Shown: one piece after another, positions 1 through 8,971 of the stretch
How positions within the stretch are numbered: the stretch's first letter is position 1
Layout of the letters: each line of letters starts with the position of its first letter
Position numbers and translations under genes: made by a program
The notes under the pieces: generated by a model
The model's database searches: none
What the model saw: only the letters and a program-made list of their open reading frames with translations
What the model was told of the DNA's origin: nothing
Source of the DNA: Candidatus Omnitrophota bacterium
GTDB taxonomy: Bacteria > Omnitrophota > Gorgyraeia > Pluralincolimonadales > Pluralincolimonadaceae
NCBI GenBank assembly: GCA_028716565.1
Contig: JAQUPL010000009.1
Coordinates: forward strand, 1-51,225
Reading direction: 5' to 3'
DNA: 51,225 nt

Positions 1-5
1 TGGAA

Positions 6-359
6 GTGGTCAGCCGTTTCAATCTCTATATCCCGCTGGGGTTTCAAGAGCTGATAACGTGCGATGTGATAATTGTCCCGGGAGGGACCGGCAACATGCG
101 GCGCAGCGTGGTGACGAACTGGGGAGGGCTTGCCAGCGGCGAGACATATAATGCTGTTGTCGATGGTATAGCCGCGGGAGAAGTGGCGGTGACGACGGAT
201 TGGATGATGGCCATCGATATCTCCGATGCGCTCCTCGGCGCTCCGCCTGCATCGCCGGGCGATGTAGTGGGCGTGGCCTTCACCCGGCATGGCGATCATG
301 CCAACGATACCGTGGGCGCCGACTGCTATCTTATAGGATTGAGACTGAGGTATGTGTAA
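6..359 (+). CDS. C-terminal part of beta-helix spike protein, continuing 50172..51225 across the circular junction
   Basis: GTG at 6 has no upstream SD in the window; it is in frame with the unterminated terminal ORF via the 6-nt overlap; its C-terminus resembles that of 359..958. Confidence 0.8.
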   Translation: MVSRFNLYIPLGFQELITCDVIIVPGGTGNMRRSVVTNWGGLASGETYNAVVDGIAAGEVAVTTDWMMAIDISDALLGAPPASPGDVVGVAFTRHGDHANDTVGADCYLIGLRLRYV

Positions 360-958
360 TGACAGGGGCACCGGTATATCGGGACAACGCAGGAGATATC
401 AGCGGAAAACCGATAACTCTGGGAGCAGGGGCTTTGGTTTACATTGAGTTGCGCCCGTCACTGGACTACACAACAATTATCGGCCAGGGCAAGCCTACCG
501 TGGTCTATAGAGGACTGTTTAAAGGTTTCTCCCTGCCGATATATTCAACAGACAACGAAGAAATATTTTTCACGGAGTGCGTTCCCCAACGATGGGACGC
601 CGCCAGCGATATCCTGGTACACGCGCATTGCTACCTGGATACAGCTAACACAACAAAGAACTTCCAGTTGCAGCTGGAGTGGGAGCACTTTACACCGGGG
701 GTGGATGTTGTGCCGGCCACAAGTAACACAGTGCCTGTGGAGACCCCTACCGGCACAGCGGCACAATTTAAAACGTTCTCAGTCACCTTTACGGTTGACT
801 ATGATATCGATACTCCGGATAACGTGGCTTACGACGATAACCTGAGCTTCAGGCTGCGCCGGATCGCGGCAAGTGCGAATGAGATAGCGGGTGAGGTGGT
901 AATCACACACCTGGGGATAATATTTAGAAGGAATAAGCTGGGAGCCCTTGCGATTTAG
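359..958 (+). CDS. virion protein, beta-sandwich (spike-associated)
   Basis: TAATG stop/start coupling at 357-361; beta-rich; C-terminus (NLSFRLRR..GEVVITHLGIIF) parallels 6..359 (VVGVAFTR..ADCYLIGLRLRY). Confidence 0.6.
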   Translation: MTGAPVYRDNAGDISGKPITLGAGALVYIELRPSLDYTTIIGQGKPTVVYRGLFKGFSLPIYSTDNEEIFFTECVPQRWDAASDILVHAHCYLDTANTTKNFQLQLEWEHFTPGVDVVPATSNTVPVETPTGTAAQFKTFSVTFTVDYDIDTPDNVAYDDNLSFRLRRIAASANEIAGEVVITHLGIIFRRNKLGALAI

Positions 959-966
959 GAGCTGAT

Positions 967-2940
967 ATGGCATACCAAAACAAAGGAGCAATGGCCGCAA
1001 CGATAGTGGTTGCCGCGAGCGACAGCCTGAACAAGGCCGCCGCGAACTACGTGTGCGACGGGACTGCGGATGACGTTGAGATCCAGGAGGCGATCGACGC
1101 GCTGCCGGCGGGGGGCGGGAAGGTTGTGCTGCTGGATGGGGTGTTTGTTATATCAAATAAAATAGAATACCCCTCAATATTTGAAATGCAAGGGCAGGGC
1201 ATAGCTACAATAATTAAACTAGCTAATAATACAAACCCTGATGGAGTACCATTGGGGGTTATAGGTCTTCTTACGAATAAAGATCAAGTGGCTGGTAATA
1301 ATAAAGTTTATATTCACGACCTGGCTATTGATGGTAATAAGTTAGGTGGAAATGGTGGTGGAAACTATAATTATGGTATTAGACATATAGTTGGCTCAGA
1401 TCTTAGATTTGAAGGTCTTTTTATTACAAGTGGTTCTGGTGTGGGGATATCTGTTTCGGATGCTACGGATATTGCTATCAAGGATAATAGAATAACAGAC
1501 ATGGGGGCTTGCGGTATTGGGGCGGATTATCTCAGAAGTTGTGTTATTATGGGCAATATTATAGACGATACTGATGATGAGGGAATAGACATAAACCACA
1601 CAGGAGGCGTTGGGGGAGATATAGTAATAAGTGGCAATATATTAAATTTATCCAACAATCACGATGAAAGCGGGATAGAGATTTCATATAACACTTATGG
1701 AATGCAAAGAATTATTATCACTAATAATATAATATCCGAGTATTATATTGGTATTTTTATAAAAGGCTCAAATGGCGATGTGGCAACCGGCAAACAAACA
1801 CAGGAAAGTATTATTGTATCGGGAAACCATACTTTCAGTAATCGTCTTCATGGTATATATTTACTAGCTCTCTATGGCGCAGTGGTTAGTAATAATATTT
1901 CGGAATTAAACGCTGATAATGGTATAAGAGTTACCGGAGATACGGTTACAAGGCTACGTGTAAATAGCTCTGTTCTAGGCAATATAGTAAGTCAGAATAT
2001 GCAAGAAGGTATATTTATAGAAAGAGCCGACAGCTGTACGGTCTCTGGTAACGATGTAGGACTAAACACAAAAGATGGTATATTCTTCAGTTATAGCCTA
2101 AACTCTATTTGTGTTGGTAATATAGTCTATAATAACAGCCAAGGCACTTATAACACATATAATGGAATAACTTTAAGTAGATTTGATTATGGTCTCTGTA
2201 GTGGAAACAGCGCAGATGATTGGGCTGCTGATCTGAGCGAATTACTTACGGCTGACGCTGCTGCGGGGACAAAAATTATCCAAGTAGCGTCTACTCTAGG
2301 CTTTAGGCCGAAGCAAACAGTGACCATATCTGACACCACCCCTGATACAGAGGATGGAGTAATAGCGAGTATTGATTCTTTAACACAGCTCACATTAGAG
2401 GCAAACCTGGTAAACAATTACGGAGTAGCCCAAGCCGCTCAAATTGATGGTAAAGTCATGCAACGGAGCGGTATTATGATTCTGGATACTTCAAATAATA
2501 ATAGTGTGAAGGGAAACGCCACTCAGGGTAACGTCTCACATATATTAAATGAAGGTTCGGCAATAGAATTTGATAAGGCACCTCACTCTATCGCTCTTGA
2601 CCTCACTGGTGCTGCCACAGATATTGAAACGTTCCATGCCTCTTGTCCATGTGTCCTGGTAGGGTACACTATACTCTACAGCGTGGCCACCGGCGGCGGA
2701 GCGGGCGTAGAGATAAGAGTCGGTCGGTATCAGGACGGCGTGGCGCTCGATGGCGACTACTTTGATACCTCTAATAGTGAGTTAAATAAAGCCAAAGGTT
2801 ATTCCAAAAACTTTGTCACAGCGGACTTAACTCAGGCGGTGATTGCGGCTGGGGATACGGTAACAGTAGGCACGGCTGGCGGTAAGGCTGATACCGGCTC
2901 AGTGATAGTGATCCTGCATATAGTGGAGATGGCAAACTAG
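967..2940 (+). CDS. right-handed parallel beta-helix (pectin-lyase-like) spike / receptor-binding protein
   Basis: Many N/G/I-rich PbH1-type repeats (IISGN, GIYL, VSNN); N-terminal VAASDS..CDGTADDVEIQEAIDALPAGGG shared with the 50172 ORF. Confidence 0.85.
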   Translation: MAYQNKGAMAATIVVAASDSLNKAAANYVCDGTADDVEIQEAIDALPAGGGKVVLLDGVFVISNKIEYPSIFEMQGQGIATIIKLANNTNPDGVPLGVIGLLTNKDQVAGNNKVYIHDLAIDGNKLGGNGGGNYNYGIRHIVGSDLRFEGLFITSGSGVGISVSDATDIAIKDNRITDMGACGIGADYLRSCVIMGNIIDDTDDEGIDINHTGGVGGDIVISGNILNLSNNHDESGIEISYNTYGMQRIIITNNIISEYYIGIFIKGSNGDVATGKQTQESIIVSGNHTFSNRLHGIYLLALYGAVVSNNISELNADNGIRVTGDTVTRLRVNSSVLGNIVSQNMQEGIFIERADSCTVSGNDVGLNTKDGIFFSYSLNSICVGNIVYNNSQGTYNTYNGITLSRFDYGLCSGNSADDWAADLSELLTADAAAGTKIIQVASTLGFRPKQTVTISDTTPDTEDGVIASIDSLTQLTLEANLVNNYGVAQAAQIDGKVMQRSGIMILDTSNNNSVKGNATQGNVSHILNEGSAIEFDKAPHSIALDLTGAATDIETFHASCPCVLVGYTILYSVATGGGAGVEIRVGRYQDGVALDGDYFDTSNSELNKAKGYSKNFVTADLTQAVIAAGDTVTVGTAGGKADTGSVIVILHIVEMAN

Positions 2941-2980
2941 AGTGCGGATGAAGAGGATGAAGCTGGTATCTGTATGACCG

Positions 2981-3472
2981 ATGTATACAATAGACGAACT
3001 GATAGCAATATCTGGGACAGCGGTTATCGGCGCGAGCATCCTGGTATGGTGCTGCAAGATGCAGTGGGATCAGCGTGCAATAGGCAAGATGGTCAAGGAA
3101 TGGAAGTCGCTCGCGGATGATAATAAGGAGAAGAACCAGCATATCGAATCAAAAGTGGAGATCGTGGAGGCGAAGTGTGAGCTTATGTGCGCGTTAGTTA
3201 TGGACGATGTAAAAAACAGAAGGCACGACCTTTTCGAGCATCATTCCCCCCTTCAGCCGACGGAGACCGCCCGGGCCATGGTGCCCGACGATATAATGGG
3301 GGCTTTGAAAAGCTATAACGGCAACGGCGGCGGGGACCAGTGCATGTTGAAGGCGATCCACATATCTCAAACCGTATCGATAGAGAGACTGAACGCTGCA
3401 GCCAGGGAGAAGGGCCTCTCTCTCCTTGAGTTCATGGCGATAATAACGGATGTGGAGGTGCCTCATGAGTAA
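2981..3472 (+). CDS. membrane protein, N-terminal TM helix
   Basis: Hydrophobic LIAISGTAVIGASILVWCC followed by a helical region. Confidence 0.55.
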   Translation: MYTIDELIAISGTAVIGASILVWCCKMQWDQRAIGKMVKEWKSLADDNKEKNQHIESKVEIVEAKCELMCALVMDDVKNRRHDLFEHHSPLQPTETARAMVPDDIMGALKSYNGNGGGDQCMLKAIHISQTVSIERLNAAAREKGLSLLEFMAIITDVEVPHE

Positions 3473-3713
3473 AGCATTGTGGTTTCTGGCCGGCGGCCTG
3501 GCGGCGCTGGGCGTCGGTTATGCTGTAAGAGGAAGCGGGATCCAGGGGCTGGGGCGCAACAGGGGCACAAGCCCGGGGGCCGGGCCCGGAGGCTATTGTG
3601 AATGTCCAAGCTGCGGAGCGGTCGAGCCTCATAAAACAGGAGTCCCTTGTTATTTAACGCCGTGCTCATCGTGTGGAGAAAAAATGATGGCGCGTTCTCA
3701 CGGAGGTTTGTAA
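3465..3713 (+). CDS. small TM protein with Cys-rich zinc-ribbon
   Basis: SD GGAGGTG before ATG 3465; TM helix, then GPGGYCECPSCG..H..GVPC...CSSCG. Confidence 0.65.
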   Translation: MSKALWFLAGGLAALGVGYAVRGSGIQGLGRNRGTSPGAGPGGYCECPSCGAVEPHKTGVPCYLTPCSSCGEKMMARSHGGL

Positions 3714-4054
3714 TGGGAGCAAATTTTGAACCAGGATCCAGCCATGTAGCACACGTCCAAGTAACGAACAAAGCGCGAAAGCCATATAACTACAGGCTGA
3801 CATTTATGCTTACGAGCGATTATGCCGCTATCGTGCCTCAAGTGCTTGGCTACAAAAATATATCACTGGAAGCCGGCGAGTCCGGAGTCATTGATATGGA
3901 GATCACGTTCTGGGGGTTTGAGGTTTTGACATATCTGCAGATATCTGGTTACGAGGAAACGACCGAAACGCCCCTGGGTGTGCTTTATGAAGAGGAAGTT
4001 AATCTGGAGATCGTCAGCCAACCAGAGGCTTCCATCACCCTGTATTGGGATTAA
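3713..4054 (+). CDS. single Ig-like domain protein ending in ASITLYWD
   Basis: SD GGAGGT, TAATG coupling; alternating beta pattern; starts ANFEPGSSH. Confidence 0.6.
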   Translation: MGANFEPGSSHVAHVQVTNKARKPYNYRLTFMLTSDYAAIVPQVLGYKNISLEAGESGVIDMEITFWGFEVLTYLQISGYEETTETPLGVLYEEEVNLEIVSQPEASITLYWD

Positions 4055-4073
4055 AAAAGTAGCGAGGTATATT

Positions 4074-4220
4074 ATGGAGAAGAAGAAGGCTATAGCATTA
4101 ACAGCAGTCGGCGTGGGATCAGCACTAGGCCTGGGATGGCTAATGTCTAGGCTTATAAAACCGGACGAGGGCGAAGGAGAAGAAACGCCGGAGCTATCAG
4201 TGAATATGTATTGGGATTAA
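4074..4220 (+). CDS. 48-aa membrane anchor ending in ELSVNMYWD
   Basis: SD GAGGT; KKK plus TM helix, acidic linker, YWD end. Confidence 0.65.
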   Translation: MEKKKAIALTAVGVGSALGLGWLMSRLIKPDEGEGEETPELSVNMYWD

Positions 4221-4231
4221 AGGAGTTTACT

Positions 4232-5530
4232 ATGCCGGTGTATTTTGACTCAGGAACAACTCACATACTGCGTATGGAGGTTTTAAACCCTACGTCGCGC
4301 AGTTGGCGCTATCGGATCGTTATTACGTCAGGTAGTAACTTGATAGACGATAAAGTTATTGATATAGACGCCGGTGCAACTAAGCGTTTAAGCACTGAAG
4401 TACAAATGCCTGAAGTGACAGAAACCACAACGGTAAATTTTAAAGCACACGTCTATGAAGTAAGCAGTACCCCCAACTATGATATGGGGGTCAAAGCTGA
4501 TATTGACGTTATAGTAATGAATATACCAGTAGGTAGCGAATATAATGCCGCCGCTTATTTTGACGACCAGCAAGGCGACTCATATTTGTTTGAATCTGGT
4601 ACGGAGCATAAAATCACTGTGAAGTTCACCAACCCTTACGATACCGCTCATCAATTCTATATTAGTGGCTTACTGGGATCTTTTAGCGCTATCGAGGAGT
4701 GGGGGTTCTTTACAGTCGCAGCAGGTCAGACGATCACCAAGGAAGCGATAATATTAATGGGTGACACACCGCAGGTAGTAGGGCCTGTTACTTTCAGTAT
4801 ACATTGTACGACAAAGGGGATTCCCGGCGTGGATGTGGCTACAGGGTCTCTCGAAATAGTGGAGTCGCAAACTGTACAGGACGGTACTATCGAGATGATC
4901 CCCCTGCAAATGTCGGTAGGCCAGGGGCGAGCTCTGGAGTTTGACGTAAAGATAACCAATCCCACTAATAAAAAGTGGTCTTATCAGTATACCGCTTGGA
5001 TACAGGATGCAAACGGCAAAAGCGTAGGGGGGATTACATCTACCCTTGGCGTCGGACCTTATAGCTCAGAAACTGCCAGATATAAGGTATCCGTCATATA
5101 TCCAAGTATGATATATCCGCCCGTAGGGATTGCATATCTTAAAACATCCTTCATGGGGGCATGGCAAAACCATGGAACCATTAACGTCACAAGTGCGAGC
5201 GAGCCGGGCGCTACTGCCACGTTAACAAATTACCAGTGGACCGACATAGAACGCTATATGTTCAAGGCCACAATTAAGAACACTTCCAGCATCCAGAAAC
5301 GATTCTACTTATATGGATATATATATGATGGCACTGACTTACAGACGTATGGAATACTTGGTACACTTGATTTAGCGGCGGGGCAGTCAGGTGCCGTAGA
5401 GAATCAACTGATGCCTTATAGCGTTGGATCATACAACGTTAAAGTTAAAGTCATAACCTATGAAGAAGGCACCTGGGTTGTGAGTGAGTTAGAGACTTTT
5501 AGCGCCGGCACGGTAAATATTTCAGGTTAG
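4232..5530 (+). CDS. multi Ig-like domain spike protein (about 4 domains)
   Basis: SD AAGGAG; repeated motifs VLNPT/FTNPY/ITNPT/IKNTS and FDSGTTH/FESGTEH. Confidence 0.7.
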   Translation: MPVYFDSGTTHILRMEVLNPTSRSWRYRIVITSGSNLIDDKVIDIDAGATKRLSTEVQMPEVTETTTVNFKAHVYEVSSTPNYDMGVKADIDVIVMNIPVGSEYNAAAYFDDQQGDSYLFESGTEHKITVKFTNPYDTAHQFYISGLLGSFSAIEEWGFFTVAAGQTITKEAIILMGDTPQVVGPVTFSIHCTTKGIPGVDVATGSLEIVESQTVQDGTIEMIPLQMSVGQGRALEFDVKITNPTNKKWSYQYTAWIQDANGKSVGGITSTLGVGPYSSETARYKVSVIYPSMIYPPVGIAYLKTSFMGAWQNHGTINVTSASEPGATATLTNYQWTDIERYMFKATIKNTSSIQKRFYLYGYIYDGTDLQTYGILGTLDLAAGQSGAVENQLMPYSVGSYNVKVKVITYEEGTWVVSELETFSAGTVNISG

Positions 5531-5551
5531 TAATATAAACTGAGCATCGAT

Positions 5552-5719
5552 ATGAAAACAGGTAGCGTTTTAGTCACAATAGCGGCGATCGCCGCGGCTT
5601 GCGGGATCGGCTATTACGTTGTGAAAAGGACGCAGTATGATAGCCAAGCAATCATCCCTGTAGTTAAGCTAGTGCCGGGAGCAACTGCGGTCGGCGCCAG
5701 GAGCATGGGGATATACTGA
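5552..5719 (+). CDS. 55-aa TM protein (not in ORF track)
   Basis: Translated by hand: MKTGSVLVTIAAIAAACGIGYYVVKR... Confidence 0.5.
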   Translation: MKTGSVLVTIAAIAAACGIGYYVVKRTQYDSQAIIPVVKLVPGATAVGARSMGIY

Positions 5720-5746
5720 ACGGAATGCTAGGAGCCGTGAGCCCCT

Positions 5747-6406
5747 ATGAAAATAACAGATCTCAAAAGCCAGGTGTGGACACAATACACCACCAAGATC
5801 CGCCCCGGTGATATAGGAGCCGTGGTCGATACCGGCATCGTCGCGCGCCTTTCCTCGAGGATGATACTGCCGTCGACCGACTTCCTCCACTTCTTCCTTT
5901 TCGCCGAATACGTCCCCGGAGAGAACGACTTCGTTATACTCGAGAGCATCCCGAGCCATGGTGTGGCCGTTGCCCGGGCGTCATGGTACCTGGATAAGAC
6001 GGTCGCTGTCTTCCGCCCAAGCCGCGAGCACGTACTGCTGGCCGGCGTCTTACCGAACAAGGCGACCGGTACGCACCTTTCCCCGGAGCAGCTCGGCCGG
6101 GAGGCGGTATGGCAGGCGACGAAGTGGGGGCGGTCGCGATATGATTATCGGATCTGCGTGGAGATCGGCTACCGGGCAATAACCGGATGCTTGCGTAATT
6201 GGATACAGGGAAAGGGCTTCACCGTGCACTTCACCGAGTTCCCCCTCTCGAGGGACAAAAGCCTGCTTTGCACGCAGCTCGTCGACGAGGCTTACTACGA
6301 GCTTTACCCGGTCTTCGACCGCTGTTATGAGGTGCTGCCGGCCAACTTCATGAGCCAGTACGCCGACGGCTACCTGGACTACATATGCGGATGGCCGGAG
6401 AAATGA
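5747..6406 (+). CDS. permuted papain-like amidase (NlpC/P60, YiiX/YaeF-like)
   Basis: IRPGDI start, N-terminal His (FLHFFLF), ESIPSHGV, C-terminal LLCTQLVDEAY (CSELV..AY-type). Confidence 0.7.
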   Translation: MKITDLKSQVWTQYTTKIRPGDIGAVVDTGIVARLSSRMILPSTDFLHFFLFAEYVPGENDFVILESIPSHGVAVARASWYLDKTVAVFRPSREHVLLAGVLPNKATGTHLSPEQLGREAVWQATKWGRSRYDYRICVEIGYRAITGCLRNWIQGKGFTVHFTEFPLSRDKSLLCTQLVDEAYYELYPVFDRCYEVLPANFMSQYADGYLDYICGWPEK

Positions 6407-6909
6407 ACACCGGACAAAAAACCGTCAGGATCCTGGGCGCTGCAGCCCTCGGCTATACCGCGTGGGCCATAGGTAATTTCTTCGCCACGCGCAGCCAGGC
6501 GCTTGCTACTGCCCGATCGCTGGCCATCGATAAAGGGATGATAAACCTCGGCGCCGGCTGCATGCGAGATCAGCTGACCATGGGGATCTGCGGCTTACCC
6601 GAGGTAGTAGTCAACGCCGATATCAACAGCGGCGGACCCAACAGCGTCGTCACCGACTTCGAGTCCGGGAGCCTGCCCTTCACCGACGGCGAGTTCGATG
6701 TAGCCTTCGCCAGCCACGTCCTGGAGCACATAGTGAACTGGGAACAGGCGCTGGATGAGTGGAACAGAATTGCGGACCGTGTTATAGTAGTGCTGCCCCA
6801 CCCGCTGAGCATAGCAGGCCGCCTGGCCCGGGAGCACGTTCAGCACTTCTCTCAGGCAGATGCCGCGGCGATCGAGGCCGCCTGGCCTAAAACCAAAGTG
6901 TTTATGTAG
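6403..6909 (+). CDS. class I SAM-dependent methyltransferase with N-terminal TM helix
   Basis: INLGAG motif I; SLPFTDGEFDVAFASHVLEH. Confidence 0.8.
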   Translation: MNTGQKTVRILGAAALGYTAWAIGNFFATRSQALATARSLAIDKGMINLGAGCMRDQLTMGICGLPEVVVNADINSGGPNSVVTDFESGSLPFTDGEFDVAFASHVLEHIVNWEQALDEWNRIADRVIVVLPHPLSIAGRLAREHVQHFSQADAAAIEAAWPKTKVFM

Positions 6910-6921
6910 TGCATAACCCCC

Positions 6922-6949
6922 TTGACAAACCTAAATAACCGTGTATAAT
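6922..6949 (+). promoter_or_regulatory. sigma70-type promoter flanked by two TTATGCAC boxes (6909-6916, 6952-6959, minus strand)
   Basis: TTGACA-N16-TATAAT upstream of the ParB-like gene. Confidence 0.8.
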
Positions 6950-7044
6950 GAGTGCATAACTGGTTTGGGTAGGTAATGAGAGACGAGAGACGTATTTAGG
7001 CATACACCACAGTGTGGGGTATGCCTATTTTTGTGGGAGGCTAC

Positions 7045-7695
7045 ATGGAAATCGTACACATGGCGATCCACCGGATCCAGGAGGAGCCGTGCTCCGCGCC
7101 CCGGGCGCTGGACGAAAGCATAAAGAAGTATGGCATACTTCACCCCATACTGCTTTACCAGGATGACGATGGTATATATATCCTGGTCGACGGACGCCGG
7201 CGGTTCTCGTGCGCCGTCAGGCAGGGGCTAAAGACCGTCCCCGCGATAATTCTCCCGGGCGACGTGTGCAAGGAGCTCGTCGGACTATCGGAGCACTACA
7301 GCCGGTCGCCATCACCGGCGATCGAGGCCGAATATTTTGCCGCCCTCATATCCGGAGGCATGACGCAGACGGAGCTGGCCGGCGCCCTGGGTATCAGCCA
7401 GGCCAAGATCAGCCAGCGCCTGGCGCTGCGCGAGAAACTTATCCCCGAGTTCTTCGAGATGCTGCGCGCCGGCACGCTCATAGCAACAGTGGCCAGAGAA
7501 ATCACTTCCCTCGATAGCCAGGCGCAGCGCACGTTGTTGAAACAGGCTGCGAAAGGCCAGAGGCTGACCATTAAGTATCTGAACGGCCTCAAGCGCGAGA
7601 AAATGATGGCGACGCTGGACCTGGTACCGGTCCCCGAGATCCCCACCAACAAAGGATCCTTAAAATCATGCCCGCACTGCGGGAAGGAGTTATAG
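7045..7695 (+). CDS. ParB/Spo0J-like protein (ParBc domain + HTH)
   Basis: SIKKYGILHPILL, ILVDGRRRFSCA, HTH MTQTELAGALGISQAKISQRL; SD GGAGG. Confidence 0.85.
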   Translation: MEIVHMAIHRIQEEPCSAPRALDESIKKYGILHPILLYQDDDGIYILVDGRRRFSCAVRQGLKTVPAIILPGDVCKELVGLSEHYSRSPSPAIEAEYFAALISGGMTQTELAGALGISQAKISQRLALREKLIPEFFEMLRAGTLIATVAREITSLDSQAQRTLLKQAAKGQRLTIKYLNGLKREKMMATLDLVPVPEIPTNKGSLKSCPHCGKEL

Positions 7696-7696
7696 T

Positions 7697-8080
7697 ATGT
7701 CGTTAAAGGAAACGTTTAAAACGATACTTCAGCGTGTGACTAGAGGATGCGATACATGTAAATATCCCCCAGCCGAGTGGCACAAAGGATTATGTGAAGA
7801 GTGTCAACTGGAAGATTTCGTCGCTGCAGCAGCCTCAGAACAAGATGAGAGTGTATGCGCAGCGACGATAGCTTTAGAAAAAAGTATCCGCGAGCATATC
7901 TATCAAAACGTGTGTGAGTTAGGAATAACGGTAAAGAATGACAAGGGTGAAGTGATACCGATAGAAGAGATGTCAGTGAAGTTCATAGTTAAGGTCTTAG
8001 TAGATGAGATAAAAAACAAGCGACACAACCGATCTGTAGACGATGCTCTTAATCGTGGTGATGGAACTTACCAGCCATAA
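7697..8080 (+). CDS. hypothetical protein, Cys4 zinc finger
   Basis: CDTC..CEEC. Confidence 0.5.
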   Translation: MSLKETFKTILQRVTRGCDTCKYPPAEWHKGLCEECQLEDFVAAAASEQDESVCAATIALEKSIREHIYQNVCELGITVKNDKGEVIPIEEMSVKFIVKVLVDEIKNKRHNRSVDDALNRGDGTYQP

Positions 8081-8107
8081 CGAATATTGTGCGAAGGAGA
8101 GGTCAAT

Positions 8108-8569
8108 ATGAGTAAAACTATAACAATATCAGACGAAGCCGCAGCATTTTTAGTCGAGCTGAACCGCAGATTAAAAACACAGGACAACCGAGCAACCCGT
8201 GCCCCATATTATTTTACCGTGCGGTGTGTTCATGAAGAGCCTGTACCTGATGGATTTACAGACGAAATACGTTACGTACACGATGGCACTCCTTTTACAG
8301 AGGAAGAGTTAAGAAAATACTGCGAAGATAACGATCTTGATTTTGAGCAATTTAAGGAGAATAGCTGCCGGGCGTATTGCGTTCGAGATGTCGAAGAGTT
8401 TAAAAATTTCTTCTTCACTGAGGAAGGTTATAACGAACACATGAAGCTGAATGGTCATAATTATCGTTACTGTAAGGAAGTTAACTCCTATGTTGACCAC
8501 GCCTTTAGAAACCCCGAAATTGAGCAGTTACTATCCGCTATTAAAGAAATAGGTAAGGCATTAGTCTAA
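8108..8569 (+). CDS. phage hypothetical protein (QDNRAT..PYY.V motif)
   Basis: SD GGAGAGG; 153 aa. Confidence 0.6.
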   Translation: MSKTITISDEAAAFLVELNRRLKTQDNRATRAPYYFTVRCVHEEPVPDGFTDEIRYVHDGTPFTEEELRKYCEDNDLDFEQFKENSCRAYCVRDVEEFKNFFFTEEGYNEHMKLNGHNYRYCKEVNSYVDHAFRNPEIEQLLSAIKEIGKALV

Positions 8570-8585
8570 GTAGCAAAGGAGAGAT

Positions 8586-8930
8586 ATGAAATTACAAGTT
8601 CGAAGCGAAGATACAGCCGTTTTTTATCCACTAGCAACATGGACGTGGAAACCAAAAGAGCAGATCTTAATCCAACGTATTCCTAAGATTAAAGAGGTGC
8701 GTATTTCCATACCTGGTAAGACACATACACCTTCATTGGATATACCACAACACTTACTTCGCCCGTCTCTTCAGACAGGCCAAGAGATACGCTTAGATGA
8801 GATTATTTATTATGTAGCCTATATAGAAATGGGTGACCTTAGTAATGGAATGATTGTTTTTACTTACACCCTATCACAACTTCCTCCTGCAGTACCAGCT
8901 TTTTGGTCTGTAGATGTAAGTGAGGAATAG
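8586..8930 (+). CDS. hypothetical protein
   Basis: SD AAGGAG; AT-rich. Confidence 0.5.
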   Translation: MKLQVRSEDTAVFYPLATWTWKPKEQILIQRIPKIKEVRISIPGKTHTPSLDIPQHLLRPSLQTGQEIRLDEIIYYVAYIEMGDLSNGMIVFTYTLSQLPPAVPAFWSVDVSEE

Positions 8931-8971
8931 TTTAGTTCGCACTATGTAAGTTATGTTTTTGATTTAAATGT

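Noticed and set aside
4207-4235. Programmed frameshift joining the YWD-ending ORFs to the next gene
   Set aside because: No X XXY YYZ slippery heptamer at the 4207-4221 junction; the downstream genes have their own SD and ATG
967-5530. Diversity-generating retroelement acting on the spikes
   Set aside because: No reverse transcriptase and no TR/VR pair differing at adenines was seen
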